Assembly (NCBI GenBank): GCA_041611735.1
Contig: JBFIML010000005.1
Span: 71,664-135,663 of the forward strand
Direction of reading: 5' to 3'
Length of the DNA stretch: 64,000 bases
From: Myxococcota bacterium
Lineage (GTDB): Bacteria > Myxococcota_A > UBA9160 > PR03
Shown here piece after piece: positions 31,116 to 40,637 of the stretch. Positions within the stretch are counted from its first letter, which is position 1. Each line of letters starts with the position of its first letter. A program made the translations under genes and the position numbers. The notes beneath the pieces were generated by a model. The model had not been told where the DNA came from. It saw only the letters and a program-made list of their open reading frames with translations, and searched no databases.

Positions 31116-31796
31116 ATGCAAGGACTGCTCAACCTCGGCTCGGGCGCCCCCCTCTCGATCCCGGCCCTGCTGCTCAACATCGCCGTGGGCGTGGTGCTGG
31201 CCGGAGTCCTGCGCTGGCACTTCCAGCGCTTCGGCTCGAGCCTCTCGAACCGCGCCGAGTTCGCGCAGATCTTCCCCTTCATCCTGCTGACCACGATCCT
31301 GATCATCACGGTCGTGAAGTCGTCCCTCGCCCTCTCCCTGGGCCTGGTGGGGGCCCTCTCCATCGTGCGCTTCCGGACCCCGGTCAAGGAGCCCGAGGAG
31401 CTGGCCTACCTCTTCATGGCCATCGCCATGGGGCTCGGGCTCGGCGCCGACCAGACCATCCCCACCGTCGTGGCGGGCCTGCTGATCCTCGGCATCGTGG
31501 CCGCCTTCCGCTGGCAGCGCGCGGGCTCCGAGCAGAAGAACCTGTTCCTCTCCGTGGCCTGCCCCGACGACCGCCGCGACGGGCGCTTCCTCGAATCGCT
31601 GAACGAGGTGGTGCAGCGGCACGTCTCGGCGGGCGACATGCGGCGCGTGGACGCCCGCGACGGGGCGTGGGAGGCAACCTTCCTGCTGGACGTGAAGGAC
31701 AGCCAGAGCGTGGTCTCGCTGATGGACGACCTGCGCAGCACGTTCCCCGGCGTCGGGCTCACCTTCATCGATCAGAACCGAATGCCCAGCGTGTAG
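31116..31796 (+). CDS. DUF4956 membrane protein
   Basis: LIITVVKSSLALSLGLVGALSIVRFRTPVKEPEELAYLF signature, several TMs and a soluble C-terminal domain. Confidence 0.9.
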   Translation: MQGLLNLGSGAPLSIPALLLNIAVGVVLAGVLRWHFQRFGSSLSNRAEFAQIFPFILLTTILIITVVKSSLALSLGLVGALSIVRFRTPVKEPEELAYLFMAIAMGLGLGADQTIPTVVAGLLILGIVAAFRWQRAGSEQKNLFLSVACPDDRRDGRFLESLNEVVQRHVSAGDMRRVDARDGAWEATFLLDVKDSQSVVSLMDDLRSTFPGVGLTFIDQNRMPSV

Positions 31797-31812
31797 CGAC
31801 GAGGGCTCTTCC

Positions 31813-34455
31813 GTGCTCCTCGACTCCGGACCGAAGCAAGGGGCCGCGCGGCCGCGGCGGCGCGTGGTGTGGCCGCTCGGCCTGCTCGTCCTGCTGGCCT
31901 GGGGGGGCATCTTCTTCGCCGCAGGCTTCGCCTTCCGGGACTTCATCCGGCCGAGCCTCCAGGCCCTGACCGGCCGCACCCAGCTCGATGACGCCCTCGA
32001 CTCCGTGCTGCGGGCGCCCGGCCGCTGGATACGCGCGCGGGTGCGTCCCGCGCCGGTAGAGACCCTGCACCTCGACATCCGGTTCCGGCACCTGCGCAAG
32101 ATCCACGAGAAGCGCGAGGAGGCGCTGGCGCAGGGGCTGCTCGTCACCGCGGACGACGACATGGTGCCCGCCGAGATCCGGCACGGAGACCGCACCCTGC
32201 CCGTGAAGCTGCGCCTGAAGGGCGACCTTTCGGACCACCTGGAGGGTGACAAGTGGTCGTTCCGCATCCACGTGCGCCGCGGAGATGCGCTGTTCGGAAT
32301 GCGGCGCTTCTCGATCCAGGCGCCGTCCACCCGGGGCTTCCAGGCGGAGCCGCTGTTCTTCGAGACCTTGCGCCAGGAGGGCGTGCTCGCCCCCCGCTAC
32401 GTCTTCGTGGACGTGCGGGTCAACGGCAAGGACATCGGGCTCATGGGTCTCGAGGAGCACTTCAGCAAGGAGCTGCTCGAGTCCCAGAGGCGTCGCGAGG
32501 GCGTGATCCTCAAGTTCGACGAGTCGCTCTTCTGGGAGAACGTGCTGGTGAACGGCCAGCACGGGCCCTACGACAACTACCGCCTGGCCCCCATCGTGCC
32601 CTTCGGAGGGGGCGGCATCGAGGCGTCTCCCACCCTGTCGGCGGACCTGGCCGCCTCCACGGCGTTGCTACGCGCCTTCGTGGAGGAGAAGGTCACGGCC
32701 TCCCAGGCCTTCGACGAGGAGCTCCTGGGACGCTTCCTGGCGGTCTGCGAGCTGTGGAGTTCCCTGCACGCCGTGCGCTGGCACAACCTGCGCTTCTACT
32801 TCAATCCGGTGGACCGCGAGCTCGAGCCGATCGGCTTCGACGGGAATCTCCAGGCCCACTACGTCGGCAACGGGTTGCTGGTGCTGGAGGAGCCCATCGG
32901 GCGCCTGTTCCTGTCCGATGCGCGCGTGCGCGAGGCCTATGTCAGGAACCTGCGGCGCCTGGCGGGGCAGATGGTGGACGGCTCGCTGCCCGCGCGGTTG
33001 CGCGAGCTGGAGGCGCCGCTCTTGCGCGTGCTCCAGGCGGAGTTCCCGTTGCGGGCTCCCGTCGACTTCGGTCCGCTGGTGGCCCGGGCCCGCGAGCTCG
33101 ATCTCCTGGAGGTCGCCGGGCTCGCCAACTTCCGCACTCCGGCGCCCCGCTCCGAGCGCAGCTGGCCGGCCGTGGTGGTGGCCAGCCTGGTCGAGGACGC
33201 AAACGGACCGCTGCTCGAGCTGCGCAACCCGCTGCCCCTGCCGGTGCGCATCGAGACCCTGAGCGTGCGGAGCAACCGGGCCGACGACGGGGCGCTGCCC
33301 GGGCTCCCGCTGCGGCTCGAGCCCACGGACGTGGGGGGGCGCCCGGAGCCCGTGACGCTGCGTCTGCCGGGCCAGGCAGCGCGTGCCGCCGATGCGGTGG
33401 TGGAAGGCACGGCCGTCGTGGACGGAGCGGCGCGTCCCTACCGCTTCGAAGCCCGCCGCTCCCCGGCGACGGCGTCCGGACCCCTGCTTCCGGCCGTGGA
33501 CACGGAGACGCTGCTCCGACGCCACGCCTTCCTGGCCCGCGACGAAGACGCCGGCTTCCTGCGCGTGCGCCCCGGCACCTGGTCGGTCGAGGCTCCCCTG
33601 CTCCTGCCCGAGGGCCTCGGCCTGCGCATGGCCGCGGGGACGACGCTGCGCTTCGCCCCGGAAGCGAGCCTGGTGGCCCGGGGGCCACTCGATTTCCGCG
33701 GGCGACCCGACGCCCCCATCGTCCTCGAGCCCCGGGACGAGTCGGCGGCCGGAGCCTGGCGCGGCGTCCTGGTGCTCGGCGCAGGGCAGGAGTCGCGCTG
33801 GTCCCACGTGCAGGTGCGTGGCACCGACGCCTTCCGCCTGGGCGCGTGGAGCCTCACCGGAGCGATCACCTTCTACGAGAGCGACGCGCGTCTCGAGCAC
33901 TGCCGCTTCACCGGCAACCGCGGCGAGGATTCGCTCAACGTGATCCGCTCCCGGCTGACGCTCCTCGAGCCCGTCTTCCGCGACGCCGCCTCCGACGCCT
34001 TCGACGGGGACTTCGTGGAGGGGAGCGTGGTCGGGGGGCTCTTCGAGGACGTGGCAGGGGACGCGGTGGACGTGAGCGGCTCGCAGCTGGAGGTGCGGGG
34101 AACCGTCTTCCGGCGCATCCGGGACAAGGCGGTCTCGGTGGGGGAGGGCAGCCGCCTCGTGGCCAGCGGCCTGCTGGTGGAGCAGTCCGGTACGGGGATC
34201 GCCAGCAAGGACCGCTCCGAGGCCGTAGTGAGCGACTCCACCCTGCGCGGCATCGAGCACGTGGCCCTCATGGCATACGTCAAGAAGGCCGAATACGGTC
34301 CTGCCAGCCTGCAGGCGCACAAGATCACCGTGGAAGGCGCCGCCCACGAGGCCCTGGCCCAGACCGGCAGCCGGATCACCCTGGACGGGCGGAGCGTGCC
34401 GGAGACGGAGTTCGACGTGGACCGGCTCTACCGCGAAGGGTACATGAAGAAGTGA
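31813..34455 (+). CDS. CotH kinase-family protein fused to a C-terminal right-handed beta-helix
   Basis: N-terminal TM; KLRLKGD...HLEGDKWSFRI, VRVNGKDIGLMGLEEH, HNLRFYFNP...EPIGFDG; C-terminal EDSLN/DAFDGDF/GDAVDVSGS/DKAVSVGEGS turns. Confidence 0.8.
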   Translation: MLLDSGPKQGAARPRRRVVWPLGLLVLLAWGGIFFAAGFAFRDFIRPSLQALTGRTQLDDALDSVLRAPGRWIRARVRPAPVETLHLDIRFRHLRKIHEKREEALAQGLLVTADDDMVPAEIRHGDRTLPVKLRLKGDLSDHLEGDKWSFRIHVRRGDALFGMRRFSIQAPSTRGFQAEPLFFETLRQEGVLAPRYVFVDVRVNGKDIGLMGLEEHFSKELLESQRRREGVILKFDESLFWENVLVNGQHGPYDNYRLAPIVPFGGGGIEASPTLSADLAASTALLRAFVEEKVTASQAFDEELLGRFLAVCELWSSLHAVRWHNLRFYFNPVDRELEPIGFDGNLQAHYVGNGLLVLEEPIGRLFLSDARVREAYVRNLRRLAGQMVDGSLPARLRELEAPLLRVLQAEFPLRAPVDFGPLVARARELDLLEVAGLANFRTPAPRSERSWPAVVVASLVEDANGPLLELRNPLPLPVRIETLSVRSNRADDGALPGLPLRLEPTDVGGRPEPVTLRLPGQAARAADAVVEGTAVVDGAARPYRFEARRSPATASGPLLPAVDTETLLRRHAFLARDEDAGFLRVRPGTWSVEAPLLLPEGLGLRMAAGTTLRFAPEASLVARGPLDFRGRPDAPIVLEPRDESAAGAWRGVLVLGAGQESRWSHVQVRGTDAFRLGAWSLTGAITFYESDARLEHCRFTGNRGEDSLNVIRSRLTLLEPVFRDAASDAFDGDFVEGSVVGGLFEDVAGDAVDVSGSQLEVRGTVFRRIRDKAVSVGEGSRLVASGLLVEQSGTGIASKDRSEAVVSDSTLRGIEHVALMAYVKKAEYGPASLQAHKITVEGAAHEALAQTGSRITLDGRSVPETEFDVDRLYREGYMKK

Positions 34456-35138
34456 CCGTCTCCGCCGCCGACCTGCGTTACGAGGTCAAGTTCGTGGCCT
34501 CTCCCCTCGGGCTGGCGACCCTCGAGCGCTGGATCCGCGACCATCCGGCGGGCTTCCGCGTGGCCTATCCGGCTCGGCAGGTGAACAGTGCCTACTTCGA
34601 CGACCACGACCTCTCGGCCTACGCGGAGAACCTCTCGGGCGTCAGCGCACGAACCAAGGTCCGCTTCCGCTGGTATGGCGAGGACGACGGGAGCCCGAGC
34701 GGGGTCCTGGAGCTCAAGTGCAAACGCAACCGGCTCGGCTGGAAGCGCAGCCACCCGGTCGCCGCACTCCCGCTGGCCGGTGTGAGCTGGCGGGAGATCC
34801 TGCGCAAGCTGAGGGACCAGGTGCATCCGGAGGCGCGCCTGGCCCTGGACGCCCACCCGGTGGTGGTGCTGGTGAACCGCTACTGGAGGCAGTACTGGGT
34901 CTCCCAGGACGGCCGGGTGCGCATCACCCTGGACGCGCGCCAGCGCGTCTACGATCAGCGCCGCTCCGCCACCCCCAACCTCGAGCGGCCCGTGAACCTG
35001 CCGGACACGCCGGTCCTGGAGATCAAGGGCGCCTTCCAGGACCGGGCGCGGGTGGAGCTGGCGATCCAGGGCGTGCCGCTCCGCGTGAGCCGCCACTCCA
35101 AGTACGTGGTGGGCGTGCAGAGGATCCTGGCCGCCTGA
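34452..35138 (+). CDS. VTC domain (polyphosphate polymerase / TTM) protein
   Basis: GTGA overlap; RYEVKF, VNSAYFD, RTKVRFRWYG, LELKCK, YWRQY, RITLD, VLEIK, SKY. Confidence 0.88.
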   Translation: MTVSAADLRYEVKFVASPLGLATLERWIRDHPAGFRVAYPARQVNSAYFDDHDLSAYAENLSGVSARTKVRFRWYGEDDGSPSGVLELKCKRNRLGWKRSHPVAALPLAGVSWREILRKLRDQVHPEARLALDAHPVVVLVNRYWRQYWVSQDGRVRITLDARQRVYDQRRSATPNLERPVNLPDTPVLEIKGAFQDRARVELAIQGVPLRVSRHSKYVVGVQRILAA

Positions 35139-35174
35139 GGCGCCCATGTCGGGCTTCGCGGAGACGACTGGAGC

Positions 35175-36959
35175 ATGACGGGAGCCACTGCTCGACGCGC
35201 GCGCGCGGGCTTCCTCGGGGTCTTCTGGCTCTACCTGGTGGGCCTGGCCTTGGCGACCACTCCAGCCCACTACGCCGCCCTCGACCTGGCCGGAATCAGC
35301 GTGCTCTATGCCCTCCTGGCGGTGTCCCTGGGGCTGGGTGCGCTCTGGCTCGCCTGCTTCGGCTGGCTGGCGGCGCTGCCGGCAGCCCTGGGTCTCGCGG
35401 CCGTGTCGGTCTGGCACCTGCGCGAGCAGACCTGGCTGCCCTATTCGCGCCAGGCCTTCGTGTCGAGCGTCGTGGTGACGGCGGTCGTCCTGGTGCCCCT
35501 GCTCCGCGCGCTGGCGCCCTCCACCCGCCGGCGCACCCTCCGGGCGAGCCTGGCGGCAGCCGCCGCCCTGGTCATCGCCCTGCTCGGGGCCTACTTCGGC
35601 TCCAACCAGCTTCGCTGGCATCTGCTCCTGCACAACAAGCTGATGGGGACGCCCACCTTCCTGGCCCTCGGAAGGCCCGCCGGCGACGTGCGCAGCGCGC
35701 TCTGGGACTCCCGATCCGGGAGCGGCATCCTGCCGCCCGCGATCCGGGCACCGGCCCGCAGCGTGCCGGTGCCCGGGGCGTCCCCCGACGTGGTCTTCGT
35801 CCTGATCGACACCCTGCGAGCCGACGCGCTGGCCCTGCACGGAGGCGCCCCCGACCTCATGCCGGGGCTGAACCGGCTCGCGGAGCGCTCCCTGGTCTTC
35901 GAAGACCTGCGGGCCAACGCGAGCTGGACCAAGTCTTCGGTGGCCTCCTTCTTCACCGGCTTGCTTCCCGAGGAGCACGGAGCCGTCGATCATCCCGACC
36001 GCCTGCGAGGCGAATGGACCGCGCTGGCAGAGGTCTTCGCGGACCTGGGCTATCGGACGGCGGCCTTCGTGACCAACTACGGCAACGTCGGGCGCGCCAC
36101 GGGCTTCGATCAGGGCTTCGAGGAGTTCTACGAGCTCAAGCGGGACGGGGCCGTCTATACCCGGGCCGAAGGCGTGAACGCGGCGGTGAACCAGTGGATC
36201 GGCCGCGCCGGCCTGGCTGCGCCGGGCCGCGCGCCATTCTTCCTCTACGTCCACTACCTGGATCCACACCTTCCCTACCTGAGCGGCCCCGGGTGGTCGC
36301 CGATCCACGCCCGGGCGCGGGAGGCCTACGATGCCGAGCTTCGCTACGTCGACCGGGCGGTGTCCGAGCTGGTGGATCGCCTGCTCGCGGCCCTTGGCAG
36401 CGGGACCTTCGTCTTCGTGACGTCCGATCACGGGGAGGAGTTCGGCGATCACGGGGAGCGGGACCACGGGCACTCGCTGTACCCGGAGCAGCTCCACCTG
36501 CCGGCGATCCTGCTGACCCCCGCCGGCCGGCACGAGCGGATCGGGGCCCGGCTCGAGGCGCGGGACTTCTTCGACCTGCTGGCGGAGATCGCGCGAGGCG
36601 ACAGCCTGGACGTGGTGTCCTGGAGCCGGGCCCGGAGCCGATCGATCCGGTACGCCTCCCAGTACGTGTCGCGCCCGGCGACCGCCCTGCATCGGCCCCA
36701 GCTGCGGGACACGGTGATGCGATCCGTGGAGGACCCGGACTGGACCCTGATCTGGTCGGGCTTCGGCGAGACCTGGGAGCTCTACCACGACGGGCGGGAT
36801 CCCCGGGAGCTGCAGAACGTGGCGCGGGCCCGACGCGAGACGCTCCAGGCTCTGCGCCCGCGCCTGGACGAAGCGGTGCGCTTCTGGACCCGGCCCGTCG
36901 CCGCCGAACAGTCCCACGACACCATCGAGATGCTCCGCAAGCTCGGCTACGTGCAGTGA
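35175..36959 (+). CDS. Membrane-anchored sulfatase/alkaline-phosphatase-superfamily protein (LtaS-like architecture)
   Basis: About 5 N-terminal TMs, then VLIDTLRAD, ASWTKSSVASFFTG, YVHYLDPHLPY, TSDHGEEF...HG, LRKLGY. Confidence 0.85.
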   Translation: MTGATARRARAGFLGVFWLYLVGLALATTPAHYAALDLAGISVLYALLAVSLGLGALWLACFGWLAALPAALGLAAVSVWHLREQTWLPYSRQAFVSSVVVTAVVLVPLLRALAPSTRRRTLRASLAAAAALVIALLGAYFGSNQLRWHLLLHNKLMGTPTFLALGRPAGDVRSALWDSRSGSGILPPAIRAPARSVPVPGASPDVVFVLIDTLRADALALHGGAPDLMPGLNRLAERSLVFEDLRANASWTKSSVASFFTGLLPEEHGAVDHPDRLRGEWTALAEVFADLGYRTAAFVTNYGNVGRATGFDQGFEEFYELKRDGAVYTRAEGVNAAVNQWIGRAGLAAPGRAPFFLYVHYLDPHLPYLSGPGWSPIHARAREAYDAELRYVDRAVSELVDRLLAALGSGTFVFVTSDHGEEFGDHGERDHGHSLYPEQLHLPAILLTPAGRHERIGARLEARDFFDLLAEIARGDSLDVVSWSRARSRSIRYASQYVSRPATALHRPQLRDTVMRSVEDPDWTLIWSGFGETWELYHDGRDPRELQNVARARRETLQALRPRLDEAVRFWTRPVAAEQSHDTIEMLRKLGYVQ

Positions 36960-36963
36960 CCGT

Positions 36964-38496
36964 TCAGCCCCGGGAGGGGTCGCCGAGCGGCGCTTCCGGC
37001 GCGGCCGGGACGCGGGCCGACGGGCGGCCGGTCAGGAACACCACCAGGAAGTGGGTGGCCAGGATGGGCGCCAGGGCGAAGGCCGTCGCCGAGAGCGTCT
37101 GCGAGAACGTGCCCATCAGCTTGGTCAGGACCTGCACCACGACCACGGTGGCGGCCAGGATGCCCGGGGTCGTGGCATTGGGCCCCAGGAAGGAGGCCTG
37201 GAACAGCCGCAGCAGGATCCCGTACAGGAGCATGCCACCCACCACCCCCAGCGTGCCGAAGTTCAGATAGAACTCGCCCAGGAAGGTGGGTCCGGTGGAG
37301 GACTCGATGTGCGGGCCCGAACCGTAGACGGCGGTGATCCAGCGGCCGATGGTGATCTCGGGCTTGTCGGGCCAGAAGGCGCGGGGAACGAAGGCGAGGA
37401 AGAAGAGCCCGAGGGTCCGGCCCTTCTGGAATGGGGAGACGGCGGGCGTGTCCCGGACGATCACGGACTCGATGCCCAGGCCGTCGAGCCGGCTGCCGGT
37501 GGCCATGACCCCCTCCAGCACGTAGGACGAGGAGCGGCTGCCGCCCAGGTAGTCCGAGACCGCCTCGAGCGCCGGAGCCGGATTGCGCAGCACGTCCACC
37601 ACGGTGCGCCGATTGTCGTCGAGGATGACTTCCCGGTAGAACTGCGAGAGCGGGTAGAGCAGCATCAGGACGGCCAGGCCCGCCAGGAGCCAGCGGGCGC
37701 GGATGCGGGCGCGCACCAGCATGGCGGTCAGCACCACCGTGGCCAGGAACACGAGGGTCCGGCGCTTGGACCCCGTCAGGAAGCCGAGGGCCGTGGCCAG
37801 GGGCAGCGTCGTCACCAGGACGAAGACCGCCAGGCGCGAGCGGTAGCGCAGCGCCGCGATGGTGAGCAGCACGTACCCGTAGTTGATGGACGAGGCCAGG
37901 GCTCCGATGAACCCGGTTCCGAGCGCGCCGAGCAGCCCGAGGTACCCCGCGACGACGATCGACCAGCCGAACGGCAGCATGAGCAGGCCGATCAGGACGG
38001 TGACCTGGGGCGGCCAGTCGTGCAGCAGGCGCTGGCGCTCGCGGGCCGGCGAGACGCGCAGCGGGAGCGTGGCGTAGCCGGCCAGGAGCGACAGCAGACC
38101 CAGCAGCGCGACCCACTGCCCCCGCACCACGTGACGCGGGAACAGGTTGGTGTTGCTGGTGCTGGCCGCGTCGGTGGGTCCTTCCACCAGGAGGTAGTGG
38201 GTGAAGACGGGAAGCACGAAGTGGGACAGGAAGACGAGCGCCAGGATCGAGAGCAGCAGGTGCCGCCGCTCGGGCGGGCGGGCCATGTCGAGGCACAACG
38301 GGACCAGACACAGCGCCCCGGTCGTGAGCGCGAGGGCCAGCATCGGCACGTGGTCGCCGCGAACGCCCAGGGCGACCCCGAAGGCGAAGATCGTGACGGC
38401 CAGGGGCGGCAGGATCCCGAGCAGGATGGAGGCCAGACGCGGGTTGCCGCGACCGCTGGCCAGCGCGGCGGCCTGGGCCGGGGTCGTTGCGCTCAC
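36964..38496 (-). CDS. wzy: Putative Wzy polysaccharide polymerase
   Basis: About 11 TMs with a large late periplasmic loop; GSKRR, FVPRAFWPDKP, GEFYLNFG motifs; located in the EPS operon. Confidence 0.7.
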   Translation of the reverse strand: MSATTPAQAAALASGRGNPRLASILLGILPPLAVTIFAFGVALGVRGDHVPMLALALTTGALCLVPLCLDMARPPERRHLLLSILALVFLSHFVLPVFTHYLLVEGPTDAASTSNTNLFPRHVVRGQWVALLGLLSLLAGYATLPLRVSPARERQRLLHDWPPQVTVLIGLLMLPFGWSIVVAGYLGLLGALGTGFIGALASSINYGYVLLTIAALRYRSRLAVFVLVTTLPLATALGFLTGSKRRTLVFLATVVLTAMLVRARIRARWLLAGLAVLMLLYPLSQFYREVILDDNRRTVVDVLRNPAPALEAVSDYLGGSRSSSYVLEGVMATGSRLDGLGIESVIVRDTPAVSPFQKGRTLGLFFLAFVPRAFWPDKPEITIGRWITAVYGSGPHIESSTGPTFLGEFYLNFGTLGVVGGMLLYGILLRLFQASFLGPNATTPGILAATVVVVQVLTKLMGTFSQTLSATAFALAPILATHFLVVFLTGRPSARVPAAPEAPLGDPSRG

Positions 38497-40637
38497 GGTC
38501 GCTCCAAGTCCTCGCCAGCCGCACCGGCCAGAGCGAAGGTTGCGTTGGAGACCGCCTCGATCTCCTCCAGCGTGAAGGGGGAGGGACGCCCGGCCCGCAC
38601 CGCCGCCACCACCTCCGCCACGGCCGTGGAGTGGCCCTTGTCCTGGCTGAGGCCCCGCGCCGGGGCGCCGCGGCCACCCAGGATGCGGGTGTGCCGGAAG
38701 TTGTCGCACAGGGCGGTCATGCCGTCGCCGGACACCTCGAAGCGCTCCTTGGGGAGTTCCCCGCTCGCCCGGGCCAGGTACTCGACGGTGGCCACGGAGC
38801 CGTCCGCAAAGTGGAGCCAGGCCACCAGGGAGTCGTCCAGCTCCGGGTCGCGTCCCAGCGCATGGCTCGCCACGCGGGTCGGCGGCGCCCCCACCAGGAA
38901 GCTGCAGAGATCCACGAAGTGGCACACCTCGCCCACGATGCGGCCGCCGCCCACGGCGGGGTCCGTGATCCACGTCCCGCGCGGCGTCGGCCCGGCGGCC
39001 ACGCCGTAGCGGATGGCCAGGGGCCCGCTGCGCCGCGCGAAGGCCTCCCGCACGGCCCGCGCGTGGCGCGAGAAGCGCCGGTTGTAGCCCACCGTCAGGA
39101 AGCCCCCGGTCTCGCGCGCCGCCGCCACCACGCGCCTCACCGCGTCGGGCGCGAGGCCCACGGGCTTCTCCAGCCAGACCGCCTTTCCCGCCCGCAGCGC
39201 CTGCTCCGCCAGCGCCGCGTGGCTGTCGTGGCGGGTGGCCACGAAGACCAGGTCCACACGCGGGTCTGCCAGCACGGCGTCCGGGTCCGTCCCACAGCTC
39301 TCGAAACCGAAGCGCTCCGCAGTGCGCCGGGCCGACGCGCCGGTGGCGGTGACGAGGACGCGGCGCGCCACCTTCTCCACGCCGGAGAGGGCGGGCAGCA
39401 GCACCGCCTTCGCGTAGTTCCCGGCGCCCAGGAAGGCCACCCCGAGCTGATCGCTCGGCGCGCGCTCGGCGCGGGCGGCGGAGCCCGCGGTGGCGAGGGT
39501 GCGGGCCCCGGACGGCTCCTCGGCGTAGCGGAACAGCACGGCCAGGGCCCGGCTCTCCCCCCGGGCCAGATCCCCGTAGGCGCGTTCGGCGGCTTCGAAG
39601 GGCAGCGTCTGCACGGCGAGGCGGCCCGGATCCACCGACCCGGAGGCCACCAGGCCCAGGAAGGCCTCCAGGTTGCGGTTCTCCGTCCAGCGGACGTAGG
39701 GGAGGGGGTAGTCGAGTCCCAGCTCCTCGTAACGCCGGTCGTAGCGGCCCGGGCCGTAGGACCGGCTCATGCGGAGCTCGAGCTCCTTCTCGTAGAAGGT
39801 GCGCCGATCGAGCTCCAGGGCCGTGGCACCCACCACCACCACGCGCCCCTTGAGGCGGCACAGCTCCGCCGCCTGCTGGATGGGCGCCGACGTCTCCGCG
39901 GCGGCGGTGACGAGGGCCAGGTCGGCCCCGTGGCCGTCGCTGGCCCGGTCCCGCCAGCCCTGGAGGTCGTCGCCGGGGGTGGCGCCCCACTCGGCCCCCT
40001 GGTCGAGGGCCTGTTTCACCCGGGCCGGGTCCAGATCGATGGCCAGCACCCGGCAGCCGTTGGCCCGCAGCAGCTGGACCGCCAGCTGCCCGATCAGCCC
40101 GAGCCCGATCACCGCGGCCAGCTCGCCGAGCGCCGGCCCCGCGATGCGCAGACCCTGGAGGGCGATGGCGCCCAGGGTCGCGAAGGCCGCCTTCTCCAGG
40201 GGCACCTCGTCGGGCACCGCCACCACCAGGTTCTCGGGCACCGCCACCAGCTCGGCGTGGTTCGCGTAGCCCGCGCCGGCGCAGGCCACACGGTCCCCGG
40301 GGCGGAAGCGCGCGACGCCCTCGCCCACGGCCTCCACCACGCCGGCGCACGAGTAGCCCAGGGGCTGCGGGGCCTCGAGGCGATTCATCACCGTGCGCAG
40401 GGTCGGCAGCGGCCCCTCCTGGCGCAGCTTGCGGGTCACCTGCCGCACCAGGTCGGGCCGGCTGCGAGCCTTGCCCAGCATGGACTTGCGCGCGAAGTCC
40501 AGGGCCATCTTCTCGGTGCCCGGGGAGACCACCGAGAAGACGTTGCGCACCCGCACCTCGCCCGCCCCCACCGCCGGGGCCGGCACCTCCAGCAGCTCCA
40601 GGGCGCCGCTGCGAGGGTTCTGGACCACCTGCTTCAC
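38493..40637 (-). CDS. Bi-domain oxidoreductase (Zn-ADH-like + Gfo/Idh/MocA; WeeE-like)
   Basis: SPGTE, PLGYSCAG, GLGLIGQL, SRSYGPGRYD...YVRWTENRN, ATRHDSH, EKP, GYNRRF, GEVCHFVD. Confidence 0.92.
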   Translation of the reverse strand: MKQVVQNPRSGALELLEVPAPAVGAGEVRVRNVFSVVSPGTEKMALDFARKSMLGKARSRPDLVRQVTRKLRQEGPLPTLRTVMNRLEAPQPLGYSCAGVVEAVGEGVARFRPGDRVACAGAGYANHAELVAVPENLVVAVPDEVPLEKAAFATLGAIALQGLRIAGPALGELAAVIGLGLIGQLAVQLLRANGCRVLAIDLDPARVKQALDQGAEWGATPGDDLQGWRDRASDGHGADLALVTAAAETSAPIQQAAELCRLKGRVVVVGATALELDRRTFYEKELELRMSRSYGPGRYDRRYEELGLDYPLPYVRWTENRNLEAFLGLVASGSVDPGRLAVQTLPFEAAERAYGDLARGESRALAVLFRYAEEPSGARTLATAGSAARAERAPSDQLGVAFLGAGNYAKAVLLPALSGVEKVARRVLVTATGASARRTAERFGFESCGTDPDAVLADPRVDLVFVATRHDSHAALAEQALRAGKAVWLEKPVGLAPDAVRRVVAAARETGGFLTVGYNRRFSRHARAVREAFARRSGPLAIRYGVAAGPTPRGTWITDPAVGGGRIVGEVCHFVDLCSFLVGAPPTRVASHALGRDPELDDSLVAWLHFADGSVATVEYLARASGELPKERFEVSGDGMTALCDNFRHTRILGGRGAPARGLSQDKGHSTAVAEVVAAVRAGRPSPFTLEEIEAVSNATFALAGAAGEDLERP

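Noticed and set aside
31813-34455. Spore-coat function for CotH (and for the CgeB-like GT)
   Set aside because: The family names are historical. There are no sporulation genes here and the context is diderm EPS export.
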